Position numbers and translations under genes: made by a program
Notes under the pieces: model-generated
Databases searched by the model: none
What the model was told of the DNA's origin: nothing
The model's input: the letters and a program-made list of their open reading frames with translations, nothing else
Shown here: piece by piece, positions 28,601 to 37,908 of the stretch
How positions within the stretch are numbered: position 1 is the first letter of the stretch
Layout: every line of letters begins with the position of its first letter
Source of the DNA: a virus
Reading direction: 5' to 3' (one strand)
Virus record (IMG/VR): IMGVR_UViG_3300017917_003565
Location: 48,192 to 112,191 of that record
Length of the DNA stretch: 64,000 bases

Positions 28601-29637
28601 TACATCAGCCCTAGTTCTACCGCACGTTCATAGACCTGCTGGCTGGCAAGATTTTTACCTTTGGCTTCGACCTGAATGTCAAACTCGGAACTAAACGACA
28701 AGGCCCAGTCATTGACCTGTGTGTTCCACATAAAGTCCGAGTGGGCACGCAGTTTTTGTTTTTTTAGACCCTGGTCAAGAAGTGTTGCAAGATCAGGTCT
28801 AGTTCGGGTACAATGATCCACAACAACATCTTCGCGACTAACACTGTAATGCATAGCAGGGCGCACACCACGCCAACTGTCAATAACCCGCTTCGTACGA
28901 TCATCCTGGGCAGTGATATATTCACCGGTGTTGATCCAGTGGTGATGTATATCCAATACAAGAGCAACATGCTCGCCCACAGCAAGAGTAGTGTCAAGAC
29001 CATTTGATATTTCGTCGTTTTCTATAGTTATGAGGTTGCGAGCCTCGGGGCTAAGTTTGCCCAGAGTCTGCAGGAACTTGGTGGCACCGCCCTTGCCTGA
29101 CAAGTGTACATTGATCTTGAATCCAGAATCATGCCATTCGGCGCCATAGCCCATCCAGCGGGCCATGTCTGCATGGTATTCAAACTCTAAGATACTGCGT
29201 TCTACGATGCCGTCATTTTCTGACGCCAGCACACAAAACTGTCCTGGATGAAAACTTAATCGCACATCCAGTCTGCGAGCTGTTTCACCGATGGGTGCAA
29301 AAATCCGTTCCAAATGACGCTGGATGTCGGGTTGTTGCCACCAGTCGATCCATGATGGTTCTGTGTAGCCCTGTAGCATTTCACTACCCAAGCGAACCAT
29401 TCTGCGTTCTGGGGGTAACGTAGCCACACGTTCAATCAGGCGCACAGCAGCCGCGGCATTGTGATTCATGATGTCCCACTGACGCTGTTCAGCTTCATCT
29501 TTGTGTTCGCGTAACCAACGCATTGTAGTTGAACGCCCGTTAAGGTCCCGATCTTTTGCGTTGACTTTCATGCCGCCACATTCTGAGGGGTCATTGAGCC
29601 ATTTGCAGCAGAAGCCAATGCGTTTGAGTGTTGTCAT
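28600..29637 (-). CDS. uvsE: UV damage repair endonuclease
   Basis: RIGFCC, RLSFHPGQF, IEND, LDIHHH, HYS, AHSD, EAKGK. Confidence 0.9.
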   Translation of the reverse strand: MTTLKRIGFCCKWLNDPSECGGMKVNAKDRDLNGRSTTMRWLREHKDEAEQRQWDIMNHNAAAAVRLIERVATLPPERRMVRLGSEMLQGYTEPSWIDWWQQPDIQRHLERIFAPIGETARRLDVRLSFHPGQFCVLASENDGIVERSILEFEYHADMARWMGYGAEWHDSGFKINVHLSGKGGATKFLQTLGKLSPEARNLITIENDEISNGLDTTLAVGEHVALVLDIHHHWINTGEYITAQDDRTKRVIDSWRGVRPAMHYSVSREDVVVDHCTRTRPDLATLLDQGLKKQKLRAHSDFMWNTQVNDWALSFSSEFDIQVEAKGKNLASQQVYERAVELGLM

Positions 29638-29655
29638 AGTCGCGATTGTTGAGTG

Positions 29656-29695
29656 TATAAATAGTTATTATAGCATCATTTGATTAAAATATCAA
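29656..29695. promoter_or_regulatory. overlapping divergent promoters (T4-late TATAAATA on +, sigma70 on -)
   Basis: TATAAATA 29656-29663; TTGATA-N17-TATAAT 29695-29667. Confidence 0.6.
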
Positions 29696-29728
29696 GAGAA
29701 TGCGAACGACTGCAAAAGGAGACCCAAA

Positions 29729-30025
29729 ATGGCAGACACAATCCGAACTATCAGCAGATATTCTTGCCCTCTTATAAACAATCCTAACAACAAGGATGTG
29801 CCCGGAGTACAGGATTGGTTTGATTATATCGGTCCAAAACTGGACCAAATGGTAGCCGAAGGCAAAACTACCATGCGTAACGCCATTCTAGGACCGCAGG
29901 GACCCACTGAGTGGGAATATATCCGCACCTGGAGAGACGAAGCAGCGGCACAGGAGTTCTGTGATTATGCTGATCTCAAACGAGGACATAGATTGATCTC
30001 TCGTACCATTGAACCCATAGTATAA
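29729..30025 (+). CDS. hypothetical protein, tandem paralogue 1
   Basis: SD GGGAG; near-identical to the next ORF. Confidence 0.8.
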   Translation: MADTIRTISRYSCPLINNPNNKDVPGVQDWFDYIGPKLDQMVAEGKTTMRNAILGPQGPTEWEYIRTWRDEAAAQEFCDYADLKRGHRLISRTIEPIV

Positions 30026-30033
30026 GGACACCC

Positions 30034-30318
30034 ATGGCCGATACCATAAGAACCATCAGCAGATATTCCTGCCCGTTGATAGATTTGTGTAAACCAGGAG
30101 TACAGGATTGGTATGACTACATTGGACCCAAACTGGACCAAATGGTAGCCGAAGGTAAAACCGAACGACGCAACGCCATACTAGGTGAACAAGGGCCCAC
30201 CGAGTGGGAATATATCCGCACCTGGAGAGACGAAGCAGCAGCTCAAGAATTTTGTGACTTTGCTGATCTCAAACGAGGTCATAGATTGATCTCGCGCAGG
30301 ATCGAACCCATAACCTAG
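30034..30318 (+). CDS. hypothetical protein, tandem paralogue 2
   Basis: SD AAGGA; mostly synonymous divergence from paralogue 1. Confidence 0.8.
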   Translation: MADTIRTISRYSCPLIDLCKPGVQDWYDYIGPKLDQMVAEGKTERRNAILGEQGPTEWEYIRTWRDEAAAQEFCDFADLKRGHRLISRRIEPIT

Positions 30319-30875
30319 TCTGTTTTTAACAATGCCAGGACACCCTGCAGGGTGTCTTGGGTAAAGTTTGGTACACCTTCCAACTCTTTCATAGGATCTC
30401 CAAGATGATCCACCAAGACCCATTGTACCTGGGTGTTTTCTGTCATGACTTGTCTGATCAAGGTGCGATAGTTCTGCGCAGCATGTTCCTGTAGACGATC
30501 AGGATTTTTAGCCCGAACTCTCCAGTCAAACCCCAGCAACAACACGATATCACTTTGGCTGCTGGCCAGGTGCATGGCAATGATTTCTTCTTTGTTGTCC
30601 AGATCCAGCACTGTGGTAGCACCATATAGTTTCACAGGCGAAGGTCGATCCAGTGTTTGGAACAATGATTCAGGAATATAAAAGTTACAATGATCCTGGA
30701 ATCGTCGAGCTGTCAACGATTGCGCTCGATCCAAATCATTGCAGATCACATTGTCGGTGCCGCAGGCTCGCCAGGTCTGCCAGCCTCCCCAGAACGACCC
30801 AATGGCTTTCAACTGACTAAGATCAACCATGGGGTCTGGTATGTAATGATTGGCCAACACCCAGCTTATATTCAT
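30315..30875 (-). CDS. hypothetical protein (Rossmann-like, IVLLLGFD motif)
   Basis: motif seen in MptE-like/glycosyltransferase-associated proteins. Confidence 0.5.
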   Translation of the reverse strand: MNISWVLANHYIPDPMVDLSQLKAIGSFWGGWQTWRACGTDNVICNDLDRAQSLTARRFQDHCNFYIPESLFQTLDRPSPVKLYGATTVLDLDNKEEIIAMHLASSQSDIVLLLGFDWRVRAKNPDRLQEHAAQNYRTLIRQVMTENTQVQWVLVDHLGDPMKELEGVPNFTQDTLQGVLALLKTD

Positions 30876-32152
30876 TCTGCGCTCTTGAGTGTTTGCCACT
30901 TGAAGGCGCCCAAGCATACCCAGGCAAACACACGATCATTTGCTGGATTGGCGTTAAACACTATGTCTCCACGAGTACCGGACCATCCTGGAACCTGGGC
31001 CGAATGGCTGATACGATGTTGTCCTACCTGCAGTTGTTTGATCGTGGTCAACCCAGTGACAGCAACCTCTATTTGTGGTTCACGGTTCACTCCTATGACC
31101 AGGCTTTGATCTCTGTTGGTACCCATATAGGCCTGGTTGAGTTTGTGTTTACCGATCACTATGCTGACTTCTTCATCCCAGATGCCTAGAGCTTTTTCTG
31201 GAGTGTCGTTGTTGATGCCCACACGCTTGTTTAACACAGTCATGGTGGTGTTGTTAAATCTGGCTTCACCTTGCACACGTAAACTACGGAGTCTGCCCAC
31301 AGATTGCAGATTACTGTCGACCACGGTGTCTGTGAGTCGGTTGCCTTCGATCACCGGATCATCTCCCAGTCGTATCTGTTCAAACTTGATGCCTTGGCTT
31401 TGTATCTGCTCAGTGACTTCCTGTACCAAGCGGCCGTTCCATTCTGCGGTCAACTTGTCCAGAGTCTGCTGGCTAATATGACTAGACAATGCAGACCAGG
31501 AATCGTTGTCGGTGTTAATGCTGCCGGTGACCACGAGATTTTGTACCTGCAGTGATTCCTGTGCCTGTATATTTTTAGCATGTAACACATTTTCTATCAC
31601 CACTGCATCATCCATCACAGTGAGTTCACACTGTCCCGCACGATCTACGATGCCAGAACTGGTAAAGTTTTCTAGTAGTCCTGTGGTGAATCGTTGCATG
31701 TAATCTTCCACATACTGTTTGATCGACGGACCAAGATCTATGTTTCCTAGTCGCGCAAGAGTTTCTTGCGCCACGGCTTGGGTTATCAATCTTTCTACCT
31801 GGGCTTGCCAGGCAGGGTCTTGCCCAAATTGGTCCACAGATGACTGTATTATTTGTTCTACCGCTGAATCCACAGAGTGTTTGATCTTGTTGTGATCCAC
31901 AAACTGTTGTACGCCCGGGATCAACCCGGCTTCAAACATTTCATTTACACTGGTCTTGACTGCTTGTATGATTTCCGGCATGGTCTCGCTGTTGGCAAAC
32001 TTGGCCAGGATTCGATCTTGGGTGTATTGCAAGATCTTTTGTTCTAGAGATTCTATCCATTGATCAGAAGTCAACACGTCCAGTACCTGTTGGTTGACTT
32101 CCGTGGCAATCTGTTTTTGTATCATGTCAGTGATGGCTTGTGTATCAAGCAT
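30872..32152 (-). CDS. hypothetical, possibly structural protein
   Basis: helical Gln-rich N-terminus; SNLQSVGRL, RVGIN, GDIVFN...WVCL fibre-like C-terminus. Confidence 0.55.
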   Translation of the reverse strand: MLDTQAITDMIQKQIATEVNQQVLDVLTSDQWIESLEQKILQYTQDRILAKFANSETMPEIIQAVKTSVNEMFEAGLIPGVQQFVDHNKIKHSVDSAVEQIIQSSVDQFGQDPAWQAQVERLITQAVAQETLARLGNIDLGPSIKQYVEDYMQRFTTGLLENFTSSGIVDRAGQCELTVMDDAVVIENVLHAKNIQAQESLQVQNLVVTGSINTDNDSWSALSSHISQQTLDKLTAEWNGRLVQEVTEQIQSQGIKFEQIRLGDDPVIEGNRLTDTVVDSNLQSVGRLRSLRVQGEARFNNTTMTVLNKRVGINNDTPEKALGIWDEEVSIVIGKHKLNQAYMGTNRDQSLVIGVNREPQIEVAVTGLTTIKQLQVGQHRISHSAQVPGWSGTRGDIVFNANPANDRVFAWVCLGAFKWQTLKSAE

Positions 32153-33068
32153 GTTGTCTCCTGGTATCCAAGGTCACACAATGAAATCCACCGCCCAAGG
32201 TGCGGCTGTGACTCAAAGTCAATGGTATAACATCAAAACGGTGTTGCTTCAATCGATCAATGAGTTGTGTCTGCGCCGCATCCATGATCACTGTTTCCGG
32301 ATCCAGTACCAGCATGTTCATGGCTATCCATTTTGACGCATAGGGATATTGATAAAAACTCTGCGGCACTATCATATCATCAGTGACCCAGATCTTTTCC
32401 CAATGATCAAATGCCTTGGGACAGTTGTCGGGCGTTACTCGATTGGCATTGAGCAGGACCAGGCCTTGCCGCAAAGGTACTATGGTCGAATCAATATGTA
32501 CCCCTGAATAAAAGTTACAGAGTTCGATGTTGATGTGAGGGAACTGGGCACATAACCACTCATAGGCTGCACGATTGCCTGACGCAGACTCCAGGAACAA
32601 CCATGTGTTTCCCAGTCTGCACACATTGGCTGCATCTAATATCATCCCCTGATCTCTCGGCATGCGTATCACAGTTCGGGCATCTTCCAATAATCTGCTG
32701 TAGTTTTGGATCTCTTGATCGCGGCAAGGATACATCATGTTGACATCCACTACTACATCACCATGTATCAGCAGTCGATCTCGAGGACAATAGTTGTACA
32801 TGCCTTGAGTCTGTACAAAATCCATGAGACGCGGTCTGTACACTGTGGCACCATAGCGTGCCAGTGTTTCGCATAGGCCGTCTAGCTCTCGATTGGTTTG
32901 ATCTATGATATGCCCGGGAACAGGACCCGATGGAACCGGTGATTCAGTCCAGGTAGTCTTTGAACCTTCGTTAGCAAACACCGGATCAGTGCTGGGCCAG
33001 TTGGCCGCTGTGGCCGATCCTACTATGATGGACTGCAACGGATCCCATTCATTGCGAGTATCAACCAT
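32145..33068 (-). CDS. amidinotransferase (glycine/inosamine-phosphate amidinotransferase family)
   Basis: NEWDPL, CPRD, DAAN, HID, GGGFHC. Confidence 0.9.
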   Translation of the reverse strand: MVDTRNEWDPLQSIIVGSATAANWPSTDPVFANEGSKTTWTESPVPSGPVPGHIIDQTNRELDGLCETLARYGATVYRPRLMDFVQTQGMYNYCPRDRLLIHGDVVVDVNMMYPCRDQEIQNYSRLLEDARTVIRMPRDQGMILDAANVCRLGNTWLFLESASGNRAAYEWLCAQFPHINIELCNFYSGVHIDSTIVPLRQGLVLLNANRVTPDNCPKAFDHWEKIWVTDDMIVPQSFYQYPYASKWIAMNMLVLDPETVIMDAAQTQLIDRLKQHRFDVIPLTLSHSRTLGGGFHCVTLDTRRQHA

Positions 33069-33603
33069 CTACATGTCCTGTGATCTGTAGAGTATATCTG
33101 GGAGCCAGTCCTAGGTTGGCTGCCATGTGAGGAGTATCGTAGGCCCATTCTACCACAGCACCTGCTCGCCAGTCCACAAAAGCTCGATCTTGGTATTCAG
33201 CATAGTGGCCAGGTTGCCAGTCTTCTAAAAATATCACGGCTCTACGGATGGTATGTTCAAGACCTTGTAGATCAAAAAGTTCAATATACTTTTTATAGAG
33301 ATCACTGTGAGTGGGCAATATGGTGCCGGGCCCCATACGATAATAACTGGTCCCAACATCACGCCACCCTTGGCCTTCGAAGATTTCTATGAATCGATTA
33401 TTCCAGGCAGGTTGAGGACTGCGCATGTCACACATGGCCCCGGTAAAGTTATTGCCGTATCCTTGGTTCAACCAGATTTCCACCTGGTCTGGATCGTTGA
33501 ATGCTTCAGTAATATACTCCAACGATTTGTAAGATTCATCCCAAAAAGGATACAGTTGATACCTGTGTGTTTGGTGTTTTTTAGTAGGTGTAGACTGCAT
33601 CAA
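33061..33603 (-). CDS. cupin/2OG-Fe(II) oxygenase-like protein
   Basis: PTHSD...PHMAAN (HxD...H), LQITG. Confidence 0.7.
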   Translation of the reverse strand: MMQSTPTKKHQTHRYQLYPFWDESYKSLEYITEAFNDPDQVEIWLNQGYGNNFTGAMCDMRSPQPAWNNRFIEIFEGQGWRDVGTSYYRMGPGTILPTHSDLYKKYIELFDLQGLEHTIRRAVIFLEDWQPGHYAEYQDRAFVDWRAGAVVEWAYDTPHMAANLGLAPRYTLQITGHVDG

Positions 33604-33616
33604 TAAATATTTTCCT

Positions 33617-34921
33617 ATGACTGTTCCTTTAGATTTGATGTATCATTACATACACGACGTTGCCTGTAAAATCTATGGAGGTAACACGTTAATTTATCGT
33701 TTCTGGCCACACGGAAGTAAAAATATAACCAATCTGGCTCTCATGGGCAAGCACGATATCCTAACACGAGTGACCAGTCCACAGATCTGGTGCAACGATC
33801 AAGAACCTCTAGATCATGAATATTATCGTATTAATCTGCACAACGAGTTTACCGAAAAGCATCTGCGTTCCATACTGGTATTGAAATCTATTGCACAGTA
33901 TCGTCAGCGTATCAATCTCAACTATGCCTACAATGCTTTTACCAAAAGTATCTTGTTACACAGCGAGCGCAGATCCGCAGAAGTAGAAAAATACATCCGT
34001 GACGGCGAACTGATTCCTGTATACTATTGGAATCATGCTATAGTGGCACTTGATTGGTATCGTTATGCGCAGTACACTACATTTGCCAAACTGCCGCAGA
34101 CCAAGAAGTTTTTGATCTACAATCGAGCCTGGAGCGGTACTAGAGAATATCGCATCAAGTTTGCAGATCTTTTACAACATCATGATCTAGTTAGACAGTG
34201 CCAGACCACGTTCAACTCAGTCGATCCTGAGTCAGGATCGCGCTATCAAGATCATGTGTTCCGAAATCCCCAATGGAAACCTGTGCATCAGTTGGAAGAT
34301 TGTTTTGAATCTAATGCCACACCCAGCACGGCCAGTGCGGACTTTGTGGCCGAGGACTACAATGGCACCGATATTGAAGTGGTATTAGAAACCCTGTTCG
34401 ACGATGGTCGTTTGCACCTCACAGAAAAAAGCCTGCGGCCCATGGCCTGCGGTCAGCCTTTTATATTGGCAGCTCCTCATGGTAGCCTGCAATATCTACG
34501 TGACTATGGATTTCGGACCTTTGATACAGTATGGAACGAAGACTACGACACTATTGAAGATCCTGAGCAAAGGTTACAGGCCATTGTAGATTTAATGTGT
34601 GAAATCACCACCTGGACACCTGCAGTGAGACAGCAAAAGTTGGCCCAGGCCCAGGCTATCGCAGATCACAATCGAGCTTGGTTTTTTGATCCGGTATTTG
34701 GTCGTACAATCGAAAACGAACTAGAAACCAACATGCGAGCTGGCATAGAAGAGCTAAAATCTGCAGGTCTCAATGCCAACTACATCGCACACTGGCCCGT
34801 GGCATTATCATATCCGGAGGTTGCTGCCTGGTATCATGAACTGGGTGTGCCTACGGATCATCATCGTTTCCTTGGGCAGTTAAACAACCGTATCAAAGAA
34901 CTCAAACAAAAGATATCCTAA
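33617..34921 (+). CDS. putative glycosyltransferase-like protein
   Basis: ET...LTEKSLRP...PFI...LRDYGFRTF...EDYD, recalling the GT10-type TEK motif. Confidence 0.5.
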   Translation: MTVPLDLMYHYIHDVACKIYGGNTLIYRFWPHGSKNITNLALMGKHDILTRVTSPQIWCNDQEPLDHEYYRINLHNEFTEKHLRSILVLKSIAQYRQRINLNYAYNAFTKSILLHSERRSAEVEKYIRDGELIPVYYWNHAIVALDWYRYAQYTTFAKLPQTKKFLIYNRAWSGTREYRIKFADLLQHHDLVRQCQTTFNSVDPESGSRYQDHVFRNPQWKPVHQLEDCFESNATPSTASADFVAEDYNGTDIEVVLETLFDDGRLHLTEKSLRPMACGQPFILAAPHGSLQYLRDYGFRTFDTVWNEDYDTIEDPEQRLQAIVDLMCEITTWTPAVRQQKLAQAQAIADHNRAWFFDPVFGRTIENELETNMRAGIEELKSAGLNANYIAHWPVALSYPEVAAWYHELGVPTDHHRFLGQLNNRIKELKQKIS

Positions 34922-35129
34922 TCAGCTTTGATACCATTCATAGTCACATGAGTCAACCATCGGTTGGTTTCTGATTGCACTTCTGGCAATCGAGATGGCA
35001 TGTACCAGAGATTCAAAAAAGTATAGACCCAGCAATCAAACATCCAGTTACAATAGCTGTTGACTGGTTGCAACACGAATGCCAGATTGGGATCTTCTGC
35101 TGCTTGTTGCCAATGATCAGCCCAGGGCA

Positions 35130-35339
35130 TCATTGTGGTCTGCTCTGGATGAATGCCTGCGACAACCCGTATTCTGCAAACACAAAGAAAACAACACACA
35201 GTATCAGGAGTCCCAGCAGGGATTTGCCAGATCCTAGCACAGACTTGACGCATAGGTATAAAAACCCATACAAAAAAGCCAACAATATCACTATACACAC
35301 AAATGCCAACATAGGTCTATCTCCTAACCAGCAGTACAT
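35130..35339 (-). CDS. small membrane protein
   Basis: two TM helices; TAAATA upstream. Confidence 0.45.
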   Translation of the reverse strand: MYCWLGDRPMLAFVCIVILLAFLYGFLYLCVKSVLGSGKSLLGLLILCVVFFVFAEYGLSQAFIQSRPQ

Positions 35340-35379
35340 TTTTTTCTATCGTTATGTATTTAACTTAAATATCTACCTT

Positions 35380-35730
35380 ATGTATTGGGGATATCACTTA
35401 CTGCTTGACTGTTCAGGATGCACGGGTATAGACAGTCGCGACAACATCTACCGTTTTGTCAAAGATCTGGTGGCACGCATAGACATGACCGCACACGGAG
35501 AACCCATTATCGAGTACTTGTTACCCGGAGATCCCAAACAAGGTTATAGTCTCATGCAGTTGATCACCACTTCGAATATTGCTGGGCATTTCATGGAACT
35601 GGATGGCACAGCCTATTTTGATATATTTTCGTGCAAAGAGTTTGATATTGAAGTGGCTAAGCAAGTGGTGCGTGATTATTTTGCACCCGATCGTATGCGT
35701 GTGAATTTCCTGACACGTCATGCCGATTGA
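35380..35730 (+). CDS. speD: S-adenosylmethionine decarboxylase proenzyme
   Basis: GYHLLLD, LITTSNIAGH cleavage site, DIFSCK; true start ATG 35380. Confidence 0.8.
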   Translation: MYWGYHLLLDCSGCTGIDSRDNIYRFVKDLVARIDMTAHGEPIIEYLLPGDPKQGYSLMQLITTSNIAGHFMELDGTAYFDIFSCKEFDIEVAKQVVRDYFAPDRMRVNFLTRHAD

Positions 35731-36469
35731 GTTTCCGATACGTGTGCCTTACACCACTGCACCCCACATGGTGCGCAACACTGGTGCTATATTTCGTAGA
35801 GATCCCAGACCTCGGTACCTACGCCAGAAAAAACAAGAACTAGAAAAGTACGACACTGACCTCTGGGCCGATATGCCAAAATCTCGCGAGTTGATACAAC
35901 AAGCTACCCGAGAGTTGGGTCTGGTACAAACTTCCAACATCGTGAACTTTGCTCTGCAGATTGAAGAAGATGTAGCCATCATGCATCAAGGGCACCTAGT
36001 GGCTATATGTTTTTGTTTTCCTAGTTCGTGGATTCCGCGAGAACGCATAGGAATGTCATTAACTGATATTCATACACCTGTGGCTGACGGAGATCGATTG
36101 AGAACCATGAGCCAAAGAATAGCCGAAACCATGGCTGATCCCAAATCGGGCAGTTTTCTCAGACATGTGTGGACTGTTGCTACTTCAGGCGAGCTCAGTC
36201 AACATCCTTCCAACAAATCCGATCTTGTACCCAACAGCATTGACGATCTTTGGTTTAGATTAGAAACACAGACCACCATGCCTTTGGGTGATGGAGAGAG
36301 CAGTGTATTTTTTGTTCATGTGGAAACAGAACCGTTGTCTAACAGTTGGTCGCAACCAGACCGTCGTGCCCTGTTAATTGATAGTGTCAACTCAATGACT
36401 GATGCTGTGTTAGAGTATAAAAATCTACACACCATTAAAGAAATTTTCAACAAAAAAAAGACCCCGTAA
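35720..36469 (+). CDS. heme-dependent oxidative N-demethylase alpha-like (DUF3445)
   Basis: EDVAIM, CFPSSW..ERIG.SL..IH.PV, FRLETQT. Confidence 0.75.
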   Translation: MPIEFPIRVPYTTAPHMVRNTGAIFRRDPRPRYLRQKKQELEKYDTDLWADMPKSRELIQQATRELGLVQTSNIVNFALQIEEDVAIMHQGHLVAICFCFPSSWIPRERIGMSLTDIHTPVADGDRLRTMSQRIAETMADPKSGSFLRHVWTVATSGELSQHPSNKSDLVPNSIDDLWFRLETQTTMPLGDGESSVFFVHVETEPLSNSWSQPDRRALLIDSVNSMTDAVLEYKNLHTIKEIFNKKKTP

Positions 36470-36530
36470 CGGGGCCTCAAATGTGTTACGGGGTCGACTC
36501 CTTGTAGTTGTAATGTCGACCCTGTATTTA
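36452..36530 (-). ncRNA. putative ~70-nt late small RNA with intrinsic terminator
   Basis: TAAATA 36530-36525, 8-bp hairpin, GC-rich terminator and U8; no ORF. Confidence 0.4.
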
Positions 36531-36908
36531 AGAATGCATCTTAAAAAACATTTCTACTCAGTTTACTACTACACTCTAGAGCGAACATCTGATTGCCAAT
36601 GTTTGCCACAGGTCTTTAGATATGAAGTCTGTCCTTTGATGTTTCTGTTTTCATAAATCTGCGAAGGGCGCGAACACCCGGGCCAGATGCACCAGGGTGC
36701 CGGAGTGTTGGGCACCGGTGTACTCATCTAGATTCAACTCTCCACATAGATTCCCGATGATCTTGTTCAACACCGTTGGTATCTTGTTCATCGTCTTGAT
36801 ATTCTTCCAGATGCTCAAGACTGGAACGATCTTTGCGCAGTTTTACTATGTACTCGGACAAGGTTCTAATGGTGTGCCCTTCCATGATTTCTCCTCTAAC
36901 ACACCTAT

Positions 36909-37391
36909 TTATTTCCCTCCAGCCAAGGGATTGTCCAACGCCTTTTGTATTTTAACATCAACTTCTTTGCGTACCGCTCTAATGTCTTGCTCGGTCTCTC
37001 GACTGAGTTGTTTGCCATCGCGTTCCACTTGCTCTACCACCTTTTCCAATCTACGGATGTCTGCTTTGAGATCATTCTTGATGTCCTGTGTATATTGAAC
37101 TGACTTCTCTGAGTTCTGCATGGTGATTTCCATCTTTTTGTTCAACTCGCTCAGATCTGGTGCCACATACTCGGCAATCTTTTTCTTCATGCCTTGGTAG
37201 TCCTTGTACACTTCAAAGGCTCCATACAATCCGCCCAAGGTAGAACTTATGATAGTTGCTGCTACCATGAGCTTGGCAGGTGTAAACTCGTAACCACCTA
37301 TGCTGATCACGGTGTCCTTGCTCATGTATTTTTTGGCCGCGGCTTCGAGCTCATCGACCTTGCTGTTTACGTCTTTTATTTCTGTAGCCAT
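36909..37391 (-). CDS. single-pass membrane coiled-coil protein
   Basis: TM LMVAATIISSTLGGLYGAF, coiled coil, ends ALDNPLA. Confidence 0.7.
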   Translation of the reverse strand: MATEIKDVNSKVDELEAAAKKYMSKDTVISIGGYEFTPAKLMVAATIISSTLGGLYGAFEVYKDYQGMKKKIAEYVAPDLSELNKKMEITMQNSEKSVQYTQDIKNDLKADIRRLEKVVEQVERDGKQLSRETEQDIRAVRKEVDVKIQKALDNPLAGGK

Positions 37392-37532
37392 TTTAATAAT
37401 CCTTTAATCATGCTGGGTTTACGCTCACGAACTTCTGCATCATGCAGATCCATGTAGCGTTGGATGTATTTTGTGTTGTTAAGAATGTAATCCATTCTTT
37501 GTTGTGTGTTCATATGATTCTCCTTGTTTTGA

Positions 37533-37736
37533 TTATTTTTTATCCAACCACGGATCCTTGCCGCCGGACCTTTTTATCTGCTGTGCCAATAAATCAATCT
37601 GTTGCTGTAGTTCCGTGTTTTTTCTTTCTATCGCACTCATGCGATGTTTGTCTGCATCTTGATCCCATTTGACCCATAAACACACAAAAGCTGATACAAG
37701 GCTTATGGTATAGATAGCAAATATGATACCGTCCAT
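37533..37736 (-). CDS. small membrane protein
   Basis: N-terminal TM and short coil. Confidence 0.5.
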   Translation of the reverse strand: MDGIIFAIYTISLVSAFVCLWVKWDQDADKHRMSAIERKNTELQQQIDLLAQQIKRSGGKDPWLDKK

Positions 37737-37908
37737 TATCGTCGCCCTATCATGAGTCTGTTGAGATACTGGTGATATTCCAGTTCATCCTTAAGATCGC
37801 ATATTCGGATGTAACAGTATACGATGCTTACTGAGCACGCCATCCACCATACCATAAACAAGTATTCAGCTAGGGTGTGTCCTAAATACAATTCATTCAT
37901 GTCTGCTC

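Noticed and set aside
29729-30318. Diversity-generating retroelement TR/VR pair
   Set aside because: Differences are mostly synonymous and not adenine-specific; no reverse transcriptase in the window
34975-35379. N-terminal extension of AdoMetDC in the ORF track
   Set aside because: Overlaps minus-strand ORFs; recognisable sequence and promoter point to ATG 35380
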